This document shows, one piece after another, positions 9,392 through 19,107 of a stretch of 64,000 nt of DNA. Positions within the stretch are counted from its first letter, which is position 1. Each line of letters begins with the position of its first letter. The position numbers and the translations under genes were made by a program. Below the pieces are notes generated by a model. It was given only the letters and a program-made list of their open reading frames with translations. It had not been told where the DNA came from and searched no databases. The stretch lies in sequence record OP310983.1, one strand, 5' to 3'.

Positions 9392-10957
9392 ATGCAAATC
9401 ATCGTTACAGGAGTTCAAGGTACTGGTTTTACTGAAGTGGCTACAGAGCACAATGGTAAACGTTTAACTTGGACAACTACGGCTTATAGTAAAATCCGTG
9501 TACAAGATCAACAACGAGTATTCCAAGAAATCAATGATTATTGGAGTGGCCTAAGTGCTGAGACACAACAACATATCTGGAATTGTTATGTAGAAATTCG
9601 TAAGATCATGGATATGGCTATGGATCCGATGAGGATTGCAATGAGTCTATCCTATTACATCAAAGAGATGTATAAAGCCATGCCGATGAATAGTTTTCGG
9701 CGATGGCTACTAACTATTGGTAAACTTTATATTCCAGTAGATATTGAAGAAGTTATCACTGATGATTCACGATATAATCGACCAGATCAAACATATCTGA
9801 AACATGACTATATTAACCTTGCATCTGTATCACTAGCTCTTCGTCCTTTAGTACCTATTTGGGGCGAGTTTATTGATCAGGGCACTTCTCAGGAAATGCA
9901 TAAAGAGTGTGAAGTAATTAGTCTCATCTCGGATTGTGAGGTTAACCATTGGCCTGTTGATGAAATATCAATCGATGGAACTCCAGTAGAAACAGCTTAT
10001 GATAAGCTAAGTGCATATGTTAAGTTTTGTGTAGAAGATGAAGCACCCACCTTAGCCAACCTTTATAGGGGTATGAGTTCAGCTGAAGTGCCGGATATCT
10101 TACAGGCTAAAGTTATGGTTAGGCGATTAACCATCCTACCATTAAACGATGTCACCTCACATTCCATCGTTTCAAATATGTTTAGATATGTTAAGTCAAA
10201 TCTAAACCCTGCGGAACGATCAACTGCTGACCGGGTTAATGATAAACGGCCAGATAAAGGTGGTATTGATGATGATGATAAAACATCATTTATCGAATCG
10301 CATAAAACTAAACAGCGAGTTACTCCTGGTGATATCGTAGCTTATAACTTAGATGCTCTTGATGTAGTTAAACTTGTTCACAAAATCGATGACACTGTCC
10401 CACTAGAGTTAATTCAGGAATGTCTAGATTGCGTTGCAGTTACAGCTACTAAAGATATCTATCCACACCAGATATTACTTGCGCAATGGGTAATGCACAA
10501 AGCTTTTCCTGCAAGAGCATTCAGCCACATTAATAAGAATGCAGTTAACCATTTGTTGGCAGCAGCTCAGTCACTAATGTGGCATTGGGGTTTCCAACAA
10601 GTTGCTGTATTTATGCAAGTAGAGTTGTATTATAGTGGTGAACATGCAATGTCCATTCAACCACGTAATAGTACACGTATTCAAATTAAATATAAGGATG
10701 TGATGGATGAACTTTATCCACATCAGCGACAACAACGAGCTATTAACGGTGTTCCAGTAGCACCTGTAAATATTGCGGGCATTGCTGTGCAATCTGCACA
10801 TGCATCCATTAGATCTAGTAACTGGATCTATCATGGACCCGATCGTTTATTCAAAGAAGCAGAACAGGTAACTCAGAATAAAGTCCTTGTTGTACCGGCC
10901 ACAATTAAGTCGGTGATCACCGAACTGGTAATTCATCTGGGTAAACTTAATCAGTAA
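9392..10957 (+). CDS. nvRNAP promoter-specificity subunit (gp68-like), 521 aa
   Basis: SD gaggt, MQIIVTGVQG start; sequence and length match phiKZ gp68 from recall. Confidence 0.85.
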   Translation: MQIIVTGVQGTGFTEVATEHNGKRLTWTTTAYSKIRVQDQQRVFQEINDYWSGLSAETQQHIWNCYVEIRKIMDMAMDPMRIAMSLSYYIKEMYKAMPMNSFRRWLLTIGKLYIPVDIEEVITDDSRYNRPDQTYLKHDYINLASVSLALRPLVPIWGEFIDQGTSQEMHKECEVISLISDCEVNHWPVDEISIDGTPVETAYDKLSAYVKFCVEDEAPTLANLYRGMSSAEVPDILQAKVMVRRLTILPLNDVTSHSIVSNMFRYVKSNLNPAERSTADRVNDKRPDKGGIDDDDKTSFIESHKTKQRVTPGDIVAYNLDALDVVKLVHKIDDTVPLELIQECLDCVAVTATKDIYPHQILLAQWVMHKAFPARAFSHINKNAVNHLLAAAQSLMWHWGFQQVAVFMQVELYYSGEHAMSIQPRNSTRIQIKYKDVMDELYPHQRQQRAINGVPVAPVNIAGIAVQSAHASIRSSNWIYHGPDRLFKEAEQVTQNKVLVVPATIKSVITELVIHLGKLNQ

Positions 10958-10973
10958 TAATTGAGGTAGTTCT

Positions 10974-12647
10974 ATGTTAGGTTTTAATAATTCAGCAATG
11001 GGTGGTAATACTGAAGTACAGATTGAATCATTCATTCTAGTACAGACTGGTACTTATCAACCTGAGCATGTTCGACCATTTACGGTAGAGGTCACTGAGA
11101 ACTCTATTGAACGTTTAAAAGAAGCAACTAATGATGGTCGTAATCTAGGTGTTGCAGCTGTGCAGCAAATTGCAGCTGATGTGATTGCACCACGTGCTCA
11201 AACTCAAGGTGAAGTCCCTATCGTCAATGGTTGGGGTGAGCGCCGGTTTAGGTTCATGATGAAAGTATGGGAGAATAACCGTTTCTTTGGTAATACCCGT
11301 ACTTGCCGGATTCTATTTGGTTGCTCTGACCATTGCTCTATTAGTCCGCTTAGCAATAGTCTAGATCCTAACATGCGTATCTATTTTAATAGTGAAACTG
11401 TTATTGTAGAGCGTCAACGACCAACTGAGTTTGGTGTGGTTAAACAAGCACATATCCTAGGTTCTAACCAGATCCTTGCACCCGTCGATATCATGAGTGA
11501 TATTACTATCCCTCAGAACGGGTTTAGCATGTATACTGGAACTTCATCATATCTCCAACGGCCAGAAGATGTTTTCCAGATTCAGCAAACGATGCAAGTA
11601 GCTAAACGCATTGAATCAACTGGACTACATCAAGGCGTATTTGACCGGATCATTGACCAACGCTCCAGTGTTGGTGAAGCAGGCACTTTCCAATATTCAA
11701 ATCGCCGTGATACTTCTCCTACTCGTTATCTATCTAGTACTCTTAATGCATGGCAGCATTCTGTTAAAGAAGCTGAGATGGCTAATAATGATAACGATAA
11801 TATCTTTGGAGGTGTCTCTGATGAAGTGATGCTAGGCGATGCATCTGCTGTGCTTCGAAATCAAGATATCCATTCCAATATGTTCATGCGCATTCTAAAA
11901 GAACGCTGCAATTACATGGAACGTGGCTTTGTTACACTGGCTGACCTACAACGAGTATTCCCTGAACTACTGGTTGATGGTGTAGTTAAAGCTGGTATGG
12001 ATAATGGTAATTCTCAACGCTTCGTTAACCGAGCAGAGCATTCCATGCATTGGGGTGGTGCAGATCATCACACTGTTGCAGCATCTCTACTTGCACAAGT
12101 AGTTCCAGCAATCATGATGGATAACTATTTCCGGGTAACCTCCTTTGCAATTACAAATGGACATGGAGCGAATAACTATCTATTCGAAATGCATCCAAAT
12201 GGTACCAGGAGTATCATGGATGGAATTGATATGACTCCACAGATTAATGACTTTGAACGTCGTCTTATTACCGATGCGATTAACAGTATCTCTTATGGTA
12301 ACCAGATTCCGTTTAAAATTTCCATGCACTCTGACTTAGCTGGTGATACTGTTATTGATATCAGTCTAAATCATGAATCGGTAGAACGATTCATCGCACC
12401 GACCTTCATTGATAGTCTGTTTAGTCCAGTCATTACTCGGGATGCATCTGCACCGGCTATGATCTCTAATGACCTTACCTATCTTGTTAAGAATGTTATC
12501 CCAACTAAGACTCAACAAAACATTCTAAACAGTAGTGGTCAGCCGGTTAACATGCAACCGTATCAACATCCTGTAGCTCAACCTGCTCAAATCAATCCTA
12601 AATTTGGTGATAACAATGCCTACGATTTCTCTTTCCAAGTTCTATAG
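10974..12647 (+). CDS. picA: Phage nucleus protein importer PicA/Imp1 (gp69-like)
   Basis: 557 aa directly after gp68; synteny with phiKZ gp69. Confidence 0.7.
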   Translation: MLGFNNSAMGGNTEVQIESFILVQTGTYQPEHVRPFTVEVTENSIERLKEATNDGRNLGVAAVQQIAADVIAPRAQTQGEVPIVNGWGERRFRFMMKVWENNRFFGNTRTCRILFGCSDHCSISPLSNSLDPNMRIYFNSETVIVERQRPTEFGVVKQAHILGSNQILAPVDIMSDITIPQNGFSMYTGTSSYLQRPEDVFQIQQTMQVAKRIESTGLHQGVFDRIIDQRSSVGEAGTFQYSNRRDTSPTRYLSSTLNAWQHSVKEAEMANNDNDNIFGGVSDEVMLGDASAVLRNQDIHSNMFMRILKERCNYMERGFVTLADLQRVFPELLVDGVVKAGMDNGNSQRFVNRAEHSMHWGGADHHTVAASLLAQVVPAIMMDNYFRVTSFAITNGHGANNYLFEMHPNGTRSIMDGIDMTPQINDFERRLITDAINSISYGNQIPFKISMHSDLAGDTVIDISLNHESVERFIAPTFIDSLFSPVITRDASAPAMISNDLTYLVKNVIPTKTQQNILNSSGQPVNMQPYQHPVAQPAQINPKFGDNNAYDFSFQVL

Positions 12648-13995
12648 TGATCAAGTATTACCTGCTTTCCGATACAAAGTAGGTGAAGAGGATATGATCA
12701 GTATTCTCGATCCACTTGGTCGACCTGCACCTGCAAAGGTAGATGGTAAGCGACTAGTAGTACCTACTAAAGATTGGCTTCGTAAAGGGCTTGGCGATGA
12801 TTACATCGCCTTCCACCCGCTATCTGAAAAGATCTCTCGGCTAGGTACTTCTCAAGTACTACAGCATATGCAGCGTCAAGTTAAGGCTAACCTAATGTTT
12901 ACTGTGAAGTATCTTACTTCACGTATTTTAGAAGTAGCTGCCGACTCTACTCTGCATAAAGACATTCCACCAGAATGTTCAGACTTCCTAAAGAAACTAT
13001 CCGGTGCTAAGCCAGATACCATTGAGTGGTTTAATAAGGTTGTCAAAGCTGCTGAAAAACGTTCACGTTTTGTAAGCGTGTATCTAAAAGCAAATGGTAA
13101 ATTTGATGGGAAAACTGTTAACCGTATCTGCGTTATTCGGTTCCCTATCGTAGAGGATCTTTATTCTAAGGATGATATTCTTGGAGTAAATGTACCTAAG
13201 AAACAGCGGCCAGTTCTAATTGAACTATTTAAACTGGTTGTACCATTTGGTGATTCGCCAACCGAATATTCAGCAGGAACTGTTGAGCGAGTAGCACCTT
13301 ATTTTGTATGTCTTATCCAGGCATTTAACAAAATCACTACTCAGCTAAATAGTGTTATTGATAAGTATCGTCTGATCTTCGATGATGCTATTCAACCTTA
13401 TTCAAAAGTTGATGAGAAGGTGATTGCTGATTTTGCAAAGATGCAACGTGAGATCCCATCTCTTGATGGTAATGAAGGAGTCAGCAATGAAGTAGAAGAA
13501 GAAGCTTCTGAAACTGTAAACCCAGTTGCCCAAATCCCTGTCCAGAAAAAGGATAATGTAGTTAAAGTGGGTAATACTGCTAAAGAACAAACTACTTCTA
13601 CTCGTGTACCAGTAGGCACAACTGTGAATGTTAATCCATCCATGAGTCAAGCAGTAGCAATGACTCAGGCACCTCAACGTCCCTTACAGCAAGTTCAAAC
13701 TAGCAATAAAGCATCTATCCAAGATCTTCTAAACGCTGGGCAGAAAAACCAATTTGCTCAACCCGGAATGATGCAACAACCTGTTATGATGAACAATAAC
13801 TTTGCAATGCCTGGGATGATGCAGCCACAGCAACCAATGATGGCTAATATGCATCCGCAGATGATGCAGCTCATGGGCAATCAAATGCCGATGGGTGGTG
13901 GATTTGCACAAGCACTAAACCCCTCTCTAGCTGGCAATGGTAACACTGCGATGATGAATCTAGGTGGAAACCAAATGATGGGTCGTCTACTGTAA
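12616..13995 (+). CDS. gp70-like protein with an M/Q/N-rich low-complexity C-terminus
   Basis: Overlaps the picA end; tail QPGMMQQPVMMNNN... Confidence 0.8.
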   Translation: MPTISLSKFYSDQVLPAFRYKVGEEDMISILDPLGRPAPAKVDGKRLVVPTKDWLRKGLGDDYIAFHPLSEKISRLGTSQVLQHMQRQVKANLMFTVKYLTSRILEVAADSTLHKDIPPECSDFLKKLSGAKPDTIEWFNKVVKAAEKRSRFVSVYLKANGKFDGKTVNRICVIRFPIVEDLYSKDDILGVNVPKKQRPVLIELFKLVVPFGDSPTEYSAGTVERVAPYFVCLIQAFNKITTQLNSVIDKYRLIFDDAIQPYSKVDEKVIADFAKMQREIPSLDGNEGVSNEVEEEASETVNPVAQIPVQKKDNVVKVGNTAKEQTTSTRVPVGTTVNVNPSMSQAVAMTQAPQRPLQQVQTSNKASIQDLLNAGQKNQFAQPGMMQQPVMMNNNFAMPGMMQPQQPMMANMHPQMMQLMGNQMPMGGGFAQALNPSLAGNGNTAMMNLGGNQMMGRLL

Positions 13996-14000
13996 CACGG

Positions 14001-14030
14001 CATAAACCAGGGGGCCTAAGGGTCCCCTGG
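14001..14030. terminator. Bidirectional hairpin between convergent genes
   Basis: cataaa-ccagggggcc-taa-gggtcccctgg. Confidence 0.65.
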
Positions 14031-14036
14031 CTTGCT

Positions 14037-14399
14037 TTAAAACTTTTTAGTTTGATATAAGCTAACGAGGTGTTGAATCATGTCGTTATTCGGTATGATT
14101 AAATAACTGGTGTAATCATTAGCTGAAGGATCCCTTAGAACTTTACCAAAATCATAAGGGCTAACTAAACCATTAACACGCATTTGAATCCACCACATAT
14201 CAGGATTGACACGGCGTTCTGCCATGTATCCATAAAAGTTTCCTTCGAACTGGTAATACAGTTCAGGTGGAATCTGAATACGTGTGGATCTGACATTACG
14301 TAAGATATTCAAATGAGTCTCAATAATTAATCTGAACCCTGGTTCATAATAAACAGATTCACCTGAATCTGGCTGATTAGCTAACAGTGTGAATGCCAT
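14037..14399 (-). CDS. Conserved hypothetical protein
   Basis: ORF starting MAFTLLANQ; convergent on gp70. Confidence 0.7.
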   Translation of the reverse strand: MAFTLLANQPDSGESVYYEPGFRLIIETHLNILRNVRSTRIQIPPELYYQFEGNFYGYMAERRVNPDMWWIQMRVNGLVSPYDFGKVLRDPSANDYTSYLIIPNNDMIQHLVSLYQTKKF

Positions 14400-14420
14400 A
14401 ATAAATTCCAATAAATTTTA

Positions 14421-14446
14421 TTTAAGATCTATATCATTGATTTGTA
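14421..14446 (+). promoter_or_regulatory. Early promoter-like motif upstream of nvRNAP beta
   Basis: tttaagatctatatcattgatttgta, same pattern as 9342 and 2246. Confidence 0.6.
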
Positions 14447-14463
14447 ATTAGTAAACAGGAGGT

Positions 14464-14583
14464 ATGAGATTGGTGATACCAGACATTGAAGTCTTACAAA
14501 AGGCTATATCTAAAAACAGCGCAAATAAGAAATATAGTAGTACTGCATCTTGTCTAATTAATGGTGATAAACAAAATGGCTGA
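14464..14583 (+). CDS. Small leader ORF (36-39 aa) overlapping the beta subunit start
   Basis: Strong SD aggaggt 14457-14463; start ATG 14464, TTG 14470 or GTG 14473; TGA overlaps ATG 14576. Confidence 0.4.
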   Translation: MRLVIPDIEVLQKAISKNSANKKYSSTASCLINGDKQNG

Positions 14584-15754
14584 ACTAGGTAAACGTGAAA
14601 TTGATCTAACCCTATTAGGGCATACTGGTTTAGATCCTTGGTATGGCACTACCTCATCTGCACGGGGTGCTATGTTTGTAACACATATTGGCCAGGCACC
14701 AGAAGTAAATGGAAATGAATCGCGTTATTTCCTAACGGGTGCTGAATTAGAGTATGCCAAGTATACACATGATATTCGTTTTCCTGAGGATTGTCGTGTA
14801 CTACATGTTCTTAGAAAATATCCAACGGGTATTGGTAAAGACAGTATTAGATCTAACCCGGTAACAACTATTATCTACGAAAACTATTTTGACAAATATA
14901 AAACCATTGGTGTCTTACATGTTCCCGAGTACATGAGTCATCACCAAGACTTTGGTTATGAACTTGTAAAGAATCGAGAAGTGTGGGAAACCATTGCCCC
15001 AAATGAAATGTTCTCTAAAGACACAGTGATTGCACAGTCTGGTGCAGTTAAGAAAGACGGTACTTTAGGGATGGGTGTTAATGCTAATGTTGTATTCCTA
15101 TCTGCCGCTGGTACCATTGAAGATGGATTCGTAGCTAATAAGAATTTCCTTAAAAGGATGATGCCAACTAGTTATAGCACGGCTGTAGCTAATGCTGGTA
15201 GGAAAGCTTTCTTCTTAAACATGTATGGCGATGATAAGGTCTATAAACCATTCCCAGACATTGGCGATGTTATCCGACCAGATGGTGTAATCTTCGCCAT
15301 CCGTGACCATGATGATGATCTAGCTCCTGCCGAGATGACTCCTAGGGCACTTCGTACACTAGATAGAACTTTCGATAGAGCTGTTATTGGCACACCTGGT
15401 GCGAAGGTTATTGATATTGATATTTGGCGTGATGAGCGTGTAAATCCATCCCCTACTCCAACAGGAATGGATGCACAACTAGTTAAATATCATACTCATC
15501 TTAGCAGTTATTATCGAGAACTATTAAAGATCTATCGTGGTCTATTAGCACGTCGTAAAGATGATCTACATATCACTGAGGAATTTGAACGTCTTATTGT
15601 AACTGCACAGATGTTCCTACCTCAACCTGATAATGTCCGTAAACTATCTCGATTCTATCGACTAGACCCACTAGATGAATGGCGAGTCGAAGTAACTTAC
15701 AAAGCCCAAAAGATGCCTGCTGGTGCTTTCAAGATGACTGATTTTCATGGTGGT
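14576..15754 (+). CDS. nvRNAP beta-like subunit (gp71-73), exon 1
   Basis: Ends KMTDFHGG; splicing to 16062 gives HGGKGV, equivalent to the RHGNKG motif of RpoB. Spliced product 700 aa. Confidence 0.93.
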
Positions 15755-16061
15755 AATTAATATCCATCCATCTCTCAGGAATGGATATTGTCAAATTGCC
15801 TGCTTGATCTCGAAAGAGTCAAGTAAATCCTCTCTAATTGCTGGGACATCTCAATGAGACAATCAGCAGCGAAGCTTTCCAGAAATGGATTGAACGTTCA
15901 ACGACTATCCGGTTACGCGGAGTACACTCAAGCGAGTGGAAATGGGAGGGACCTGACCACCTAGGGTGAAGGTTAAGATATAGTCTGGTCTGCATGGTGA
16001 CATGCAGCTGCCTGCAATACGAGAGGCGGGGTAAGCGTAGCGAACTTACCTGAACATAACG
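15755..16061 (+). ncRNA. Group I intron, ORF-less, 307 nt
   Basis: P1 ggU|aauu pairs with aauugcc (15794-15800) with a U-G wobble at the splice site; P aattgctggga, Q aatcagcag, R gttcaacgacta, S aagatatagtc; terminal G 16061. Confidence 0.94.
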
Positions 16062-16985
16062 AAGGGCGTCATCTGTAAGGTAATGGAAGATGAAGATATG
16101 CCTATTGACGAAAATGGTAATAGGGCAGATCTAATTATCTTTGGTGGTTCAACCATGCGTCGTTCAAATTATGGTCGAATTTATGAACATGGTTTTGGCG
16201 CAGCTGCACGAGATCTAGCTCAACGCCTACGCGTTGAAGCTGGACTAGATCGACATGCCAAACCAACCCAGCAACAACTAAATAGTGTAATGGGTAATAC
16301 GCAATGGGTTGATTATGCATTTAAAGAACTATTAGGTTTCTATGAGATCATTGCTCCAACAATGCATAGTAAAATGATGGAACACCCAAATCCAGCAGAA
16401 CATGTTAAAACAGTACTAATGGATGGATTCCCATATATCTACGCACCAGTTGATGATCCAGTGGATCTAATGGCAGCAGTCAACAAATTAATTAATAGCG
16501 ATAAGTATCGACCACACTATGGGAAGGTATCTTATCGAGATCAAGCTGGTAAGTGGGTAACAACTAAAGATAATGTCTTAATGGGTCCACTTTACATGAT
16601 GCTACTAGAAAAGATTGGTGAAGACTGGTCAGCAGCAGCATCTGTAAAAACACAACCATTTGGTCTACCTTCTAAGTTAAACAATGCTGATAGGGCTAGC
16701 ACTCCTGGTCGAGAAACAGCTATCCGGTCATTCGGTGAATCTGAAACTCGGTCATATAACTGTACAGTTGGTCCAGGTCCGACTGCTGAAATCTTAGACC
16801 AAACTAATAACCCATTGGCACATGCTGCGGTTATTGAGTCTTGGCTAACAGCAGAAAAACCTTCATCTGTACCAGTTGCAGTTGATCGTGAAAAGATCCC
16901 ATTTGGTGGATCTCGTCCAGTAGCTATGTTTGATCACCTGCTTGAATGTAGTGGTATTGCATTAGAATATGCCCCTGATCATTGA
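16062..16985 (+). CDS. nvRNAP beta-like subunit, exon 2
   Basis: KGVICKVMEDEDMP..ADLII, GPLYMMLLEK and FGESETR motifs. Confidence 0.93.
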   Translation, partial: KGVICKVMEDEDMPIDENGNRADLIIFGGSTMRRSNYGRIYEHGFGAAARDLAQRLRVEAGLDRHAKPTQQQLNSVMGNTQWVDYAFKELLGFYEIIAPTMHSKMMEHPNPAEHVKTVLMDGFPYIYAPVDDPVDLMAAVNKLINSDKYRPHYGKVSYRDQAGKWVTTKDNVLMGPLYMMLLEKIGEDWSAAASVKTQPFGLPSKLNNADRASTPGRETAIRSFGESETRSYNCTVGPGPTAEILDQTNNPLAHAAVIESWLTAEKPSSVPVAVDREKIPFGGSRPVAMFDHLLECSGIALEYAPDH

Positions 16986-17015
16986 TCAGGGGTTTAATAA
17001 TACAAGAGGTAAATA

Positions 17016-19049
17016 ATGAATCTTAATCGTTATAAAGCACGTGATCTTCTAAATCTAAGTTATGATGATTTATGGTCACTCCCTTCAGAATGGCATCTAA
17101 TCGAATTTGATGATGGTAAAACGGTTGTGTCAGTTGACCGTATTACCAAATTATCCGTTCTGTGTTGGTATCCTCTTAAACATTATAAAGATTGCCCAAT
17201 TCCATCTGATCACCATATCGATTTCAATCGCATCTTAACTGATAACCCTAAAGATTATCTAAATGTTGAAGGTGGCCGAGTAACATCTAAGGCCATGGTT
17301 AAGCATTTAAATAAGGCTATTTGGAACATCTATGATTGGTCAGGTGAAACAGTAGATCCTGAAGTACTATCTAAACTGGCTATTGAAGGTAAGAACTGGC
17401 TGTATAATCAGACCACTGTGAAACTGTCTGAATATCTAGCAACCTTGTCGATGTTTGATATTGCTGAAGTATATAATCATCCCAAGGTACGTGAGGCTAA
17501 CCATAATATCGAACCAACTACTTATGGTATCGAAAAAATTAGTTATGGTAAAGTCAAAGAAGTATTTAATGATCCTACCCAATTCATTGGTAACAGCATC
17601 ATTGAAGGTCTTCGTTCTGGTACTCAGAAAACTGAACAGCTTCTACAAGCATTTGCTTGGCGGGGCTTTCCAACTGACATTAACTCAGATATCTTTAAAT
17701 ATCCGGTAACAACTGGTTATATTGATGGTATTTGGAATCTGTATGAGAATATGATTGAATCTCGTTCAGGTACTAAAGCACTACTATATAACAAAGAACT
17801 ACTGCGAGTAACTGAATACTTTAACCGGAAATCTCAGCTTATTGCACAATATGTCCAAAGGCTACATCCTGGTGATTGTAAGACCACAATCTTAGCTGAG
17901 TATCCTGTAACTAAGTTAACTTTAAAAGCATTCAAAGGAAAATATTATCAAAAAGAAGATGGTAAACTAGACTGGATCCGTGGAAATGAAACACACCTAA
18001 TTGGAACTAAACAGAAATTCAGGTCTGTATTTGGATGTAATCATCCAGATAGTCAGGGTATCTGTATGACTTGTTATGGCCGACTAGGTATCAATATTCC
18101 AAAAGGAACTAATATCGGTCAGGTTGCTGCCGTATCGATGGGTGACAAAATTACTTCAGCAGTATTGTCTACTAAACACACCGATGCGTCTTCTGCTGTA
18201 GAACAATATAAACTTGGCAAAATTGAAAGTAATTATTTAAGAACAGGTGAAATCCCAGAGACACTATATCTAAAGAAAGAACTTACTCAGAAGGATTATC
18301 GTTTAGTAATCGCACGGTCAGAGGCAGAAAACCTTGCTGACATTTTAATGATTGATGACCTTACTGCATATCCAGCTACTTCAGCTACTGAACTAACCAG
18401 CCTGGCCCTAGTCTATGATGATGAGGTGAATGGTGAATGTGGTGATGTTCTGACTGTGTCGCTGTATAACCGTAGGGCTAGTCTATCTATTGAAATGCTA
18501 AAGCATATTAAGATGGTCCGTTGGGAACTAGATCAGCGAGACAATATCGTCATTAGTCTTCGTGGTTTTGATTTTAACCTACCATTCTTAACGCTACCAA
18601 ATAAGCACGTAAACATGTATGAAGTAATGAAACGATTCCAAAGTTTCTTACATTCCGGTAGTGACTCAGCCGAGGCAGGTAAACTAAGCACTGAGAAAGT
18701 TGGATATACGTCTAAAACGTATCTTAAAAACTACAAGTCACCAATTGAAGCACTACCTGTATTTGCAACAATGGCTAATGAAAAGATTAGCCTTAATATT
18801 TCCCATTGTGAGATCTTGATATACGCTATGATGATCCGTTCAGCTCAATATCGAGACTATCGCTTACCTAAACCCGGTATTAATGGCCAATTTGAAAAAT
18901 ATAATAGGCTAATGCAATGTCGTAGTTTAGGTGGTGCGATGGCTTTCGAAAAGCAGCATGAGCCACTAAATAACCCAGGCAGTTTCCTTAACAAGATGAG
19001 GAATGACCATCCATATGACTTACTAGTTAAAGGTGGTAAACTGCGATAG
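17016..19049 (+). CDS. nvRNAP beta'-like C-terminal subunit (gp74-like)
   Basis: 677 aa; C..GICMTCYG Zn site and GQVAAVSMGDKITSAVLSTKH trigger-loop region. Confidence 0.9.
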   Translation: MNLNRYKARDLLNLSYDDLWSLPSEWHLIEFDDGKTVVSVDRITKLSVLCWYPLKHYKDCPIPSDHHIDFNRILTDNPKDYLNVEGGRVTSKAMVKHLNKAIWNIYDWSGETVDPEVLSKLAIEGKNWLYNQTTVKLSEYLATLSMFDIAEVYNHPKVREANHNIEPTTYGIEKISYGKVKEVFNDPTQFIGNSIIEGLRSGTQKTEQLLQAFAWRGFPTDINSDIFKYPVTTGYIDGIWNLYENMIESRSGTKALLYNKELLRVTEYFNRKSQLIAQYVQRLHPGDCKTTILAEYPVTKLTLKAFKGKYYQKEDGKLDWIRGNETHLIGTKQKFRSVFGCNHPDSQGICMTCYGRLGINIPKGTNIGQVAAVSMGDKITSAVLSTKHTDASSAVEQYKLGKIESNYLRTGEIPETLYLKKELTQKDYRLVIARSEAENLADILMIDDLTAYPATSATELTSLALVYDDEVNGECGDVLTVSLYNRRASLSIEMLKHIKMVRWELDQRDNIVISLRGFDFNLPFLTLPNKHVNMYEVMKRFQSFLHSGSDSAEAGKLSTEKVGYTSKTYLKNYKSPIEALPVFATMANEKISLNISHCEILIYAMMIRSAQYRDYRLPKPGINGQFEKYNRLMQCRSLGGAMAFEKQHEPLNNPGSFLNKMRNDHPYDLLVKGGKLR

Positions 19050-19107
19050 ACGTGGAGGACGTGAGGTTTGGGGAGCACTGCTCCCCTTACCGATCGTTGA
19101 TTTTTTT

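Noticed and set aside
16083-16985. Independent 300-aa gene
   Set aside because: It is exon 2 of the spliced beta gene, starting at 16062
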